Virus record (IMG/VR): IMGVR_UViG_3300010396_000002
Span: 64,001-128,000 of that record
Source: a virus
Length of the DNA stretch: 64,000 nt
Direction: 5' to 3' (one strand)
Below are positions 50,770-60,064 of this stretch, in pieces (the first letter of the stretch is position 1; the number at the start of each line of letters is the position of its first letter). The position numbers and the translations under genes are program-made. The notes under the pieces are model-generated. The model was not told the DNA's origin and did no database searches. It was given only the letters and a program-made list of their open reading frames with translations.

Positions 50770-51044
50770 TGGAGGACGCATTGGACGAGAAGCCGTGCAC
50801 GATCGATGGCGTCGACTACCCGAGCTGTGCGGCAGCGGCGAGGGCGCTCGGGGTCACGTACCAGGCCATCCAGAGCCGCATCAAGACCCGACTGAACGGC
50901 GGACCACACAAGCGAGGTCGCAAGCCGAAGGCCGTCACGCTCGATGGCATCACCGCAACGCTGGACGAGCACGCGACGCGCCTTGGCATTTCGCGATCGG
51001 CGGTGTGTGGACGCGCCAAGCGACGCGCCAAGCGAGCGAAGTAG
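50766..51044 (+). CDS. small DNA-binding protein (NUMOD1-like repeats)
   Basis: TIDGVDYPSCAAAARALGV; ends at E21. Confidence 0.6.
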   Translation: MMEDALDEKPCTIDGVDYPSCAAAARALGVTYQAIQSRIKTRLNGGPHKRGRKPKAVTLDGITATLDEHATRLGISRSAVCGRAKRRAKRAK

Positions 51045-51046
51045 AA

Positions 51047-51098
51047 GCGCACAGCCCGGACCTCGACAAGAGGTGCCGGGCTTCGTGCGTCGAGGAGG
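51047..51098 (+). repeat. element E21
   Basis: GCGCA ca GCCCGG ACCTC gacaa GAGGT [G] CCGGGC ttcgtg CGT cga GGAGG. Confidence 0.9.
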
Positions 51099-51104
51099 CA
51101 GACC

Positions 51105-51677
51105 ATGCCGAAGACCAAGCAGAAGCCCGTCAGCGAAGCCACGATCGCCAAGGTCGCGAAGGAGACTGGCAAGCCGTTCAATGACGGCGGCGCATACATG
51201 AGCAGCCGCTTCAAGGACTGGACGGGGTGCGTCCGGTACCTGTTCACGCTCACCAGCGACCCGAAGCGCGTCGAGGACTTCCTGCGCTCCAAGAACATGC
51301 GCTGGTGCAGCGACAACCGCGCGAGGAGCGGGAAGGCGACCGTCGCCGACCTCAAGCGATACATCGCGCACTGGCTGTCGAAGCCCGGGTCGATGGGCTC
51401 CGGGATCGTCGAGATCCTCGGGATCGATGTGCCCAATTCGCCGATCCCGGATGCCAAGGCGGTGACGCTCGAGGCCGCCATGAACGCCGGCAGGCTGAAG
51501 GCCTGGGACGCCTTCCTCCAGATCGCCGAGACGGCGCGCGTCATCCAGGAGACGGCCACCCGGAGCCCGACGGATCCGGCAGCGCTTGCCGAGGTGTCGC
51601 GGCTGGTGTCGATCCTGCGCATGACGACGCTCGTCTCCGAGCCCACCAAGCCGAAGCGCCCGGCGAGACGCCGGTGA
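51105..51677 (+). CDS. hypothetical protein
   Basis: Follows E21. Confidence 0.7.
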   Translation: MPKTKQKPVSEATIAKVAKETGKPFNDGGAYMSSRFKDWTGCVRYLFTLTSDPKRVEDFLRSKNMRWCSDNRARSGKATVADLKRYIAHWLSKPGSMGSGIVEILGIDVPNSPIPDAKAVTLEAAMNAGRLKAWDAFLQIAETARVIQETATRSPTDPAALAEVSRLVSILRMTTLVSEPTKPKRPARRR

Positions 51678-52007
51678 GCGTCTTCCTCACGAAGCCCAGG
51701 CGCCGCGTCCAGCCCCATCCGCGCCGGAAGTGCGCGTGGTGCTCGAGGACCGTGGCGCACGGGCCCCGCAACGATCCCTACCCCCACGACTGCATAGGCG
51801 TCTATCACTGGAGGCGACCATGAAGAAGAGGATCCGCATCGAGGCCGACGCACTCGGCCGCATCCGTTTGCGCGACCATGCCACCGGCCAGATCCTGGAG
51901 AGCGAACTCCGGACGCCTGACCTCTCGGCGCTCGTCGGGCATCGGATCGAGACCGGCACCGTCTGCAACGACGGCTCGATCGTGTTGGACCTCGAGCACG
52001 AGCCGTC

Positions 52008-52922
52008 ATGAACCTCCACCAGTGGCTCCGGATGCCCGAGGCTTGGCGCCCTCCGATCGTCGTGTCGGACGGTATGGGCGTAGATTCGCAGGGCGTGCTG
52101 CTCCTACTCAAGCGCCTGGGGATCAGACCCAAGGCGGTGCTCCACGCCGACACAGGGAACGAGAAGGAGGTCACCATCCAGGCCAGGGAATGGCGTCGGC
52201 GCTGGCTCGCCGAGAACGGCTTCCCGGAGCTGACGATGGTCCGCCGACCCCCTGGCGTTTCCAAGAGGACCGGGCTCCCCTACGCGACGATCGCCGAGAA
52301 GGCCATCGCCTACGAGATTTATCCAGGGATCACCTTCGACAAGCACTCGTGCTCGAAGGAATGGAAGATCGACCCCATGGATGACTGGGTCCTCGCCCAG
52401 CCTTGGGCGAAGACTGCCATCGCGCGGGGCCAGGGCGTATGGCGCGTCATCGGCTACGACGCCGGCCCCAAGGATGCGCGCCGTGGTCACGAGATCCACG
52501 ATGATCACCGCTTCCGGTTCATCTATCCGCTACGCGACGTGAAGTGGGACCGCGGGCGCATCCAGTACGAGCTCTCTGTCGAGGGGATCCGCCAGTTCCC
52601 GAAGAGCGCCTGCAAGATTTGCAAGGCGAACAAGCCGTGGGAGATCGCCCAGATCGTCGCGCACGATCCGAAGGGGGCCGACGAGATCATCGCCGTCGAG
52701 GCCGCCGGCGCCGCACGTGGCCGCACCGTCGAGGGGCTATGGGGGCGCACCGTGAAGGGACAGCGCGGCGCCGTGCCGCATCCCGGGCGGATGACGGACT
52801 TCATCAACCAGCTCCGTAGCGACCCCGCAGAGTTGAAGCGGCACCTCGCCATGGCCCCCCGGTTCGAGGTGAACGGCAGCCTGTGTGACAGCGATGGTGG
52901 CGACTGTCACACAGACGCTTGA
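52008..52922 (+). CDS. PP-loop (PAPS reductase-like) protein
   Basis: VVSDGMGVDS, HADTGNE, CSKEWKI, IGYDA, YPL, KSACKIC. Confidence 0.75.
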   Translation: MNLHQWLRMPEAWRPPIVVSDGMGVDSQGVLLLLKRLGIRPKAVLHADTGNEKEVTIQAREWRRRWLAENGFPELTMVRRPPGVSKRTGLPYATIAEKAIAYEIYPGITFDKHSCSKEWKIDPMDDWVLAQPWAKTAIARGQGVWRVIGYDAGPKDARRGHEIHDDHRFRFIYPLRDVKWDRGRIQYELSVEGIRQFPKSACKICKANKPWEIAQIVAHDPKGADEIIAVEAAGAARGRTVEGLWGRTVKGQRGAVPHPGRMTDFINQLRSDPAELKRHLAMAPRFEVNGSLCDSDGGDCHTDA

Positions 52923-52947
52923 CCAGCCCGCTCGACTGTCACACACT
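52881..52947 (+). promoter_or_regulatory. promoter with triple TGTCACAC operator-like boxes
   Basis: CTGTGTGACAG (52881) and CTGTCACACAG (52904) form an inverted repeat, third copy at 52936; TTGACC-N17-CACACT at 52919-52947. Confidence 0.5.
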
Positions 52948-52963
52948 CGGTTCGGACGACACG

Positions 52964-53012
52964 GCGCGCAGCCCCGGAGCACCCACGCTCGCGGGGCTCG
53001 TCGCGTCAGGGG
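52964..53012 (+). repeat. element E22
   Basis: GCGCG ca GCCCCG GAGC acccac GCTC [G] CGGGGC tcgtcg CGT cagggg. Confidence 0.85.
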
Positions 53013-53494
53013 CGCCATGCGCTCCGAGGAGCGATGACCATGCACCACGAGATGAGCGCCGAGGAAGCAGAGGTGGCGATCCAGGACGAGGTGGACCAGG
53101 CCGAGGCGCACTTCGTCAAGGAGCGAGCGCAGGTCATTCGCTTCCTGGCGCAGCGCGGGCGGCTGACCGCGGAGCAGATCGCGGTGCGCGTCAACCTCGA
53201 CGAGGCCGAGATCGCCACGGTCATCGCCTTCCAGGAGGTCAAGCCGTCATGAGCGACTTCTGGGTCCAGTTCGACAACCGCGCCTCGGGAACCATCCAGG
53301 CGAAGGACGAAGCGGAAGCGCGCACCGAGGGTGAGAAGCTCGGCAAGGTGCGCCAGGTCGACGTCATCCCGTACCCGAGGTCGCCGGTGCTGGTCGGCGA
53401 CCGCAAGACCCCCGCGTTCTGCTTCGGCAAGGACGAGTGCCTCGGGCGCACGTCGTGCCCGCGCAGTCGCGCCTGCGACGACTAGGAGGAGAAC

Positions 53495-54316
53495 ATGTCC
53501 ACGAAGAACAAGCCAAGCCCCGATAACGAGGCGCTGGTCGACAATTACCCCGTGCTCAAGGCGTGGCTGACGAAGGTCGGCGCCCGGTACCAGTGGTCGT
53601 CGCCGTGCTCCGATGCAGCGGGCCCGCTCGCCGCCACGATCTACCACTACACGATCAAGGGGGCAGGGCCGTTCATCGTGCTCGTCCACCCCGACAAGCA
53701 CGGCTGGAACGTCTACACGGCGTGCTCGAGCAACAAGGTCGACGAGACGTTCGCTGACGCCGAGTACCGCCTCGGACTCCCGAAGACCACCACGTGGTGC
53801 CCTGGGTGCGAGTGGGAGCCGCCCCCTCAAGGCGTCGGGCCCAAGAAGCCCATCAGGCCCCCGCACACGTGCGGCAAGGTCGAGCAACCCCCGGAGACGC
53901 CGGCGGCCGGTAGCAAGACGCTCATCGACAAGTACGACGAGCTGGCCGCAGCGCACGTCTCCGCCATCCGGCAGCACGAGGCGCATGCCGCCGGTCTCCG
54001 TCAGCGAATCTCGATGGCGCGCAAGAACCTCCGCGCCTTCGAGGCCAGCAGCGGTACGGACCGCGAGGCGCTCACCCTCGCCATCCAGGCGCTCCGCGAC
54101 CCGCTGCCGCTGCCCACCCTCACGGAGGAGGAGACCGAAGCCTTCGAGCACCTGGTGACGAACGTCATGCTTCCGGCGCCGGAGCACGAGATCCCCGCCT
54201 ACCTGCACCAGCACCTTGACGCGCTCCACGACAAGGGCTTGCTCCGGTACCGTCAGCGAGACGGCTGGAGCCTCACCAGCGCAGGCGAGGCGACGTACGC
54301 GGAGCTCACCCGATGA
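53495..54316 (+). CDS. hypothetical protein
   Basis: AGGAGG SD; 273 aa. Confidence 0.7.
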   Translation: MSTKNKPSPDNEALVDNYPVLKAWLTKVGARYQWSSPCSDAAGPLAATIYHYTIKGAGPFIVLVHPDKHGWNVYTACSSNKVDETFADAEYRLGLPKTTTWCPGCEWEPPPQGVGPKKPIRPPHTCGKVEQPPETPAAGSKTLIDKYDELAAAHVSAIRQHEAHAAGLRQRISMARKNLRAFEASSGTDREALTLAIQALRDPLPLPTLTEEETEAFEHLVTNVMLPAPEHEIPAYLHQHLDALHDKGLLRYRQRDGWSLTSAGEATYAELTR

Positions 54317-54649
54317 GCGCCGCGGTCTGGCGCGACGACAAGCTCAGCCCGCACACCGAGGTAACGTGCTTCACCTGTCAGCCGTGCGCGGAGGACCGCG
54401 TAGCGAGCAAGGGGATCCACAGCCTCGTGATCGTCCACGTGCGCTTCTTTCGCGCCGGCGACTGGACCAGGCGAGGCTTCATGCCAAGCATCCGGGTTGG
54501 CGGAGGCGGGGCCACTGGGGAGATCCACGAGGGCACCGACGACGACGCGTACGCGCGAGCGCGTGCCGATGGTGAGGCCATGCTCGACAGCGCGGAGAAG
54601 GCGCTGGAGGATGCCATCGCGGCCATGCCGCGGAAAGGCTGAGTACGTC

Positions 54650-55276
54650 ATGTCCAAGGGGGTCTTGTTTTCCATCGGCTACGGCAGCAGCCCGAGCGCG
54701 CCGCGCGACAAGCGCCAGCCCGGGTCGCTGCCGGGGCCCGAGTCGCTTGTGGAGCTGGTGCGCCGGCTCGACATCGACAGCCTGATCGACTGCCGGGCCG
54801 CGCCGGGGCCTGCGACGCTCGCCGACACGAAGCTCGTGAAGGGGACCAAGCGTCGGGTCTGGAAGTCCGGGCGCATCATCTATTGCAGGGGCGGCTTCAC
54901 CCGTTACGAGCTCGCAGAGCTGCTCGGCAAGCGGTACCGCTGGGACGGCGACAAGCTCGGGGGGCCTGGTGGAGGCGTCGAGGGCCCCACGCCTCGGGGC
55001 CTCGACATGCTCGAGGACGCCTACCACCGCGGACGGCGTCTCCTGCTCCTCTGCGCCGAAGCCCACCCGCTCGGGTGCCACCGCCACCATCAGATCGCGG
55101 TGAGGGGCGACATCTGGATGCCCAGCATGGGCAAGCCCCTCGCGGATCGAAAGATCCCCGTGCTGCACATCTTCGGCGACGCCGTCGTCAAGGCGACCGT
55201 CCTGCACGAGGCCGCGCAGCATGGAACCAAGAACGCCGAGGCCGACGACCTGGCCGACTACTACGTGAAGGAGTGA
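54650..55276 (+). CDS. DUF488-like protein
   Basis: LFSIGYG...LIDCR...Y.W...LGG...LLLLCAEAHPLGCHRHH.I. Confidence 0.75.
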   Translation: MSKGVLFSIGYGSSPSAPRDKRQPGSLPGPESLVELVRRLDIDSLIDCRAAPGPATLADTKLVKGTKRRVWKSGRIIYCRGGFTRYELAELLGKRYRWDGDKLGGPGGGVEGPTPRGLDMLEDAYHRGRRLLLLCAEAHPLGCHRHHQIAVRGDIWMPSMGKPLADRKIPVLHIFGDAVVKATVLHEAAQHGTKNAEADDLADYYVKE

Positions 55277-55278
55277 CC

Positions 55279-55773
55279 GTGAAGAAGACCACCCCCATCG
55301 CCGCGGGCCTCATGCTCGCGGCTGCGTTGCCGCTGGTGAGCGCGGACTGCTCGTACGTGATGAACGGCTGGACGTGCACGGTGATCGGCGTTGACCCGTG
55401 CGACGGGGCTGCGGATCGGGAGGTCGTGACGATCTCCTACTCGCAGCACGTCACGGACTCGACGACCGCGTGCCAACTCGCCGTGGCGGAAGCCAAGGCC
55501 CGCGGCCTCGTCGGCGAGATCAACCCGAACACCGGGTTCCACGGCGATCCGGTCTGCCAGAACTGCTTCATCGGAGCGAACCCATCCGCGGGCGTCAGCA
55601 AGGGCAAGCCGCCCGGTGGTGGTGGCGGGCCCTCGTGCCTCGTTGGGGCGACCGGCGCGGGCGGCGGCTTCGGCGTCGGCGGGAGCTTCGGCGTCGGCCC
55701 CACGACGACCGTGACCGGCGCTGGTGGCAGCTTCGGCGTCGCTGCTACCACGGTCGGAGCGGGCGGAGCGTGA
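55279..55773 (+). CDS. secreted Cys-containing protein with Gly/Thr-rich tail
   Basis: KK plus hydrophobic signal peptide; GAGGGFGVGGSFGVG...TTTVTGAGGS repeats. Confidence 0.65.
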   Translation: MKKTTPIAAGLMLAAALPLVSADCSYVMNGWTCTVIGVDPCDGAADREVVTISYSQHVTDSTTACQLAVAEAKARGLVGEINPNTGFHGDPVCQNCFIGANPSAGVSKGKPPGGGGGPSCLVGATGAGGGFGVGGSFGVGPTTTVTGAGGSFGVAATTVGAGGA

Positions 55774-56307
55774 CCGACGTCTCGCCGTACGTCGCGGCCG
55801 TGCGCGTGTGGGAGCGCCACAACGGCCGCCGTCTCACCGCTGACGAGTCGAAGGCGTTCAGTCGGTCCTGGGACGTCTACTGCTCGGAGCGCAGGGCATC
55901 CTACGGATGGCGCCAGGTGCCCGAGTTGACCGCGGAGGACGGGGATCTGTTCGGGAGGCGCTGGACGCCGCCATGGGCCGAGGAGGGCCCGCAGCCATGA
56001 TCGTTGCGTTGCTAACCCGCATCGGCCTCGTGCGCGTTGTGCGCGACCTGAAGTACGTCAACGGCGCGTTCGTGCCGCAACCTCCGCGCGTGCGCTGGCC
56101 GTTCTCGGTGAGCCCGTGGTGGATCTGGAGGCTCCACTTTCTCAACGGTCTGCGTGGCCTCTTGAGGAGGCCAACCTACGTGCCGGCCATGGGTGATTGG
56201 TTCGGCGTCTTCCGGAACAAGCCAGGCGTCGTGAAGTGGGAGAATGGTCGTCTGCTTCCGCGCCGCTGGGGCTTCTACATCGTCGGCTTCGAGTTCGGAG
56301 ACCGTGG

Positions 56308-56528
56308 ATGAACCCGCTGAACGCGTTCCTCTGGCTGCTCGCCATCGCCGTCGGCGTCTTCTCGCCCGGCCCTGGGTCCTGCGCCGGTACTACTACTTCA
56401 AGGCGCTCTGGACGATGCGCAGGGTCGCGCGCTCCCTCCCGGAGGGGAGCCACGAGCGCATCGAACTGGAGCAGATCATCGAAGACCTCAAGGCGTCCGA
56501 CTGGGACGAGGAGAGCGACGACCCATGA
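56308..56528 (+). CDS. small membrane protein, frameshifted near 56362
   Basis: MNPLNAFLWLLAIAVGVF joins (L)ARPWVLRRYYYF...DP*. Confidence 0.5.
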
Positions 56529-56998
56529 CGTCGACACCGGAAGGCCTCGCGGCGCTGCTCTCGCTTGGCTGGTGCTGCCCTACCAAGGACCCGAATCTGT
56601 GCGGGGCACCCCCCGCCCGCACAGAGCCGGAAGCGCCAACTCCGGCCGAGGTGCTCACCTGCACGATCGTGTGCCAGCGCGGCCACCGGCACGAGGGCGA
56701 GCGATGAAGGCCGCGCACCTCGAAGCTGCCGGCCGCTGGCTGGAGAAGCACCCCCGTCTCGGCGCACTGCGGGTGCCCGTCTTCGTTCGCGAGGAGGCGG
56801 AGGCCCACGTGCGCAGGCAGAAGCTGGTCCTCGAGATCCACATGCTCGCCGGGCGGGAGGCCGCGTTCGCCGCGCTCTACCTGGCATGGGGACTCGCCCT
56901 CGCGTCTAGGGTCCGCCCGACCCCCAACATGTCCGTCGAGGATGGGCTGGAGCTCGTCCGTTCCCTGATCCTGGCCGGCTGACCGGCCCGAGGAGACC

Positions 56999-57409
56999 AT
57001 GCCGATCACCAGCAAGCAGACGTCCGCCTGGACGGAAACGATCACCAGTTCCAACGGCTGCACCGTCTCGGTTTCCGGGACGAGCGGCTCCGACATGCTC
57101 ACCGTCGAGGTGTACGTGCCTGGCTCCGGCTACGGCCCCGCCGAGACCCCCGACAGTAGGACCAGCACCACGATCTCGCTCGCCGAGTGGTGCAGCCTGG
57201 TCATGCTCGTGGAGGCGAAGGTCCCGGCGTCCGGGCCCTCACGGACCGAGCGCCTCCTCGCGATGCGCGTCGAGGACGCCTGCCAGCTCGACCCGGTGAT
57301 GATCGGGAACGCTCGCGTTCGCAGGTTCGGCGAGCACTCCTGGATCGTCAACGGCGCCGCAGTCGCCAATCTCGAGAGCGCGCTCGCGCTCATCGCGGCC
57401 GCCGACTGA
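56999..57409 (+). CDS. hypothetical protein
   Basis: GAGGAG SD. Confidence 0.65.
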   Translation: MPITSKQTSAWTETITSSNGCTVSVSGTSGSDMLTVEVYVPGSGYGPAETPDSRTSTTISLAEWCSLVMLVEAKVPASGPSRTERLLAMRVEDACQLDPVMIGNARVRRFGEHSWIVNGAAVANLESALALIAAAD

Positions 57410-57680
57410 TGGCCGCTGCGAAGAAGAGACCGCGCAGCTACGGCGCAGCCATCGGCTATGCTCGGGAGCTGCTCGCCACGACGGGGATCGTGGTCCCCTG
57501 GCAGGTGAATGCAGAGGGCTTCGAGGCGGGCCACGTGATGCACCGCCTCGTCCATCTCGGGGAGGCCGTGCAGATCATGGGGAGCACCCTGTACGCTACC
57601 CCGGCAGTTGCAGCGAAGATCCAGACCATCATCGACGAGAGCAAGGCGCCGCCTGATGCGGTCGCCGCAGAGGAGTGACC

Positions 57681-59063
57681 ATGGCTCAGAAGACGTACGA
57701 CTTTCATGCGGTCGACGCGGTCCGCGAAGAGATCCTGCTCAGGGCCGCGATCTGCGGGACGGCCGGGTCCGGCAAGACCAGGACGGCTCTGATCGTGGCC
57801 GCGCGCATCAAGGCGCGCATGAAGCTGGAGGGACCGATCGTCGTGCTCGACACGGAGCACAAGAGCGCGCTTCGCTATGCGTACAGCCCGCGCACCCGCA
57901 GCGGCTATCACTTCAAGCACATCCCGATGCCGCCCAACGACAACAGCATCGAGGCGTATGTGGCGGCGATCGAGCACGCAGAGAGCATCGGCGCGAGCGT
58001 CGTAGTCGTCGACAGCTTGTCGCACGCCTGGTCGGGGGCCGGAGGCGTGCTCGAGGCCGTCGACGAGGTCACCGGGCAGAGCCGGAACAAGGACACGTTC
58101 GGCAGCGGGTGGCGCGTGATGTCCCCGAAGCAGACCCGGTTCATCGAACGTATCATGAACACGAAGGCGCACGTCATCGTCACCATGCGCGCGGAGCAGG
58201 ACTATGTCGTGCAGGAGAACGAGCGCGGGAAGAAGGAGCCTGTGAAGCTCGGGCTGGCTCCCGTGCAGCGCAAGAACCAGGACTACGAGTACGATCTGTT
58301 CTTCTTCATGTCCGCGCCGACGAACGACCTCGTCGTCGAGAAGAGTCGCGTGATCGACCGCCCGGCCCTGGAGATCGGCCGGCACTACATCAAGCCCGGC
58401 GACGACTTCGCGGACCACGTCGTCGACTGGCTGGAGGACGTCGACGCTGCGCCAGCGCCCGTTCAGCCGCCCGTGCCGCCCGCTCCAGTGCCTCAAGCGC
58501 CGGCATTCGTCGCCCGCAACCTCGACGAGGCGGAGAAGAAGACCGTGGCCGAGGGCATCCTGGCCGCAGAGCACAAGGACCAAGAGCGGTACAAGGCGGC
58601 GATCAAAGCGTTCACTGCTTGGTGCTCTGCGAACGGCATCCCGAAGGATCAGTACCAGGCCGCGCTCGCCAAGGTGAAGGAGGACATCTCCAAGCCGAAG
58701 GCCGCCTCGGTCGCGCCCTTCCAGGACATCGCCGACCCGACGGAGCGCGTCTCGCACTGGTTCGCCGCCGTCGACAAGGCCGACAGCGCCACCGTCGACC
58801 AGCTCGAGACCATGGCCGGCCTGAAGGAGCCCCACGACGGGGTGAGGGCCGACGTTCTCACCCGCATCGACGCTCGCCGGGATGCGCTGTCCCGTGCCGC
58901 GAAGAATGCGCCGCAGAAGTCCCCGAACCGTCCACAGGACCCGGGCGACGAACCCAACGTGCATCAGGGGGCCATGGACCCCGGTCCGGACGCGAGCCCG
59001 GAGGAGCGCGCGGCGGCCTTCGCTGAGGCTGAGGCCGGGCTCTTCGCCGGCGTAGGGGGGTAG
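57681..59063 (+). CDS. AAA-family ATPase (AAA_24/Sak4-like phage recombination protein)
   Basis: GTAGSGKT, VLDTE, VVDSLSHAW, HVIVTMR, GLAPVQR...YEYD. Confidence 0.8.
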   Translation: MAQKTYDFHAVDAVREEILLRAAICGTAGSGKTRTALIVAARIKARMKLEGPIVVLDTEHKSALRYAYSPRTRSGYHFKHIPMPPNDNSIEAYVAAIEHAESIGASVVVVDSLSHAWSGAGGVLEAVDEVTGQSRNKDTFGSGWRVMSPKQTRFIERIMNTKAHVIVTMRAEQDYVVQENERGKKEPVKLGLAPVQRKNQDYEYDLFFFMSAPTNDLVVEKSRVIDRPALEIGRHYIKPGDDFADHVVDWLEDVDAAPAPVQPPVPPAPVPQAPAFVARNLDEAEKKTVAEGILAAEHKDQERYKAAIKAFTAWCSANGIPKDQYQAALAKVKEDISKPKAASVAPFQDIADPTERVSHWFAAVDKADSATVDQLETMAGLKEPHDGVRADVLTRIDARRDALSRAAKNAPQKSPNRPQDPGDEPNVHQGAMDPGPDASPEERAAAFAEAEAGLFAGVGG

Positions 59064-59064
59064 T

Positions 59065-59388
59065 GTGGAGCGCTTCCTTCTCCGCGACGTCGAACCCACG
59101 GGCTCGACCCCCACCATCGCGCTCGCCTGCCGTGCTGGCGGGACCTCGACGCTGACGCGCACGACCGAGCCCACATACCCGGAGAATCCCCGCGCCCAGG
59201 CTCTCCGGGATCTGCGGGTTGGCTCCGACCATCTGACGCTCCGCAGAGCCGCTGCGCTACTCAACCTGACCGGCGCAGAGCTCTCGGCCATCGAGGCGGG
59301 GAGCAAGACCTTCGCTCGCGAGTCGGACTGGGCCCGCGCAGAGGACATCCTGCGGGGCGCCTGCTCCGATCCGAAGGGAGGCACGTGA
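59065..59388 (+). CDS. XRE-type HTH protein
   Basis: LRDLR...LTLRRAAALL.LT.AELSAIEAG. Confidence 0.6.
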   Translation: MERFLLRDVEPTGSTPTIALACRAGGTSTLTRTTEPTYPENPRAQALRDLRVGSDHLTLRRAAALLNLTGAELSAIEAGSKTFARESDWARAEDILRGACSDPKGGT

Positions 59389-59691
59389 TGTCCCATTACA
59401 CCTTCGGGCAGCTCCTGCGCGCCTATCGGCTCGGCTTCTTCTGGTCGGAGGAGCACGGAATCTTCATCCGTCTATCGACGCCCAATGCGACCGGTAGCAT
59501 CGCCGAGGTCGCGCCGCCAGACTGTCTGCCGATCAAGTCGGCGACCGTGGAGCACCGCGTGTGCGACACGGAGGAGCAGAAGCATGCCTTGCTCCGCGCT
59601 AGCCCTGCCTTCGAGGCGGTGCGTCTCTCGGCGCTGTGCAGGTCACCAGCTACGAGACGTGGGCCCTCGACGACGAGGGCAGGAGGGTGTG

Positions 59692-60064
59692 ATGCCTGAC
59701 GCGAAAGAAGCCGACGCGCCGGCAGTGCAAGAACTGCCCATGGAAGAAGGGGAGCGACCCTACCAAGATCCCGCGCTACGACCGGGCGCTGCACGAGAAG
59801 CTCGGCGAGAACACGATCGCTCGCCACCCGTTGCTCTCCGTCGTCGAACCGACACGGACGATGGCGTGCCACGAGACGACCGACACCAACCGGCTCGCCT
59901 GCGTCGGCTGGCTCATGCACCAGCTCTGGCGAGGCAACAACATCGGCCTCCGGCTCGCCGCAAGCGCCGGGCACGTCGACACCAACGTGGAGACGGTCGG
60001 ACCACAGCACCAGACGTTTGAGGACACGCTGCCGAAGAAGCGGCGCACGAGGAGGACCGGATGA
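59692..60064 (+). CDS. conserved Cys/His phage protein, frameshifted near 59705
   Basis: MPDAK joins KPTRRQCKNCPWKKG...MACHE...CVGWLMHQL..GNNIGLRL after removing one A. Confidence 0.55.

Noticed and set aside
27928-53012. Canonical integron with attC sites
   Set aside because: No RYYYAAC/GTTRRRY cores, the fold is favoured on the top strand, and no tyrosine recombinase is in the window; only the architecture is analogous
27928-53012. CRISPR array
   Set aside because: Repeats are not identical, the intervening sequences are whole genes of variable length, and no cas genes are seen
27928-53012. Rho-independent terminators or REP/BIME repeats
   Set aside because: No U-tracts; fixed orientation and spacing to the SD; GTAG appears only where TAG is the stop codon; no RAYT transposase seen
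31769-59710. Programmed ribosomal frameshifting at the frameshift sites
   Set aside because: No slippery heptamers; shifts go in mixed directions; indel error is simpler
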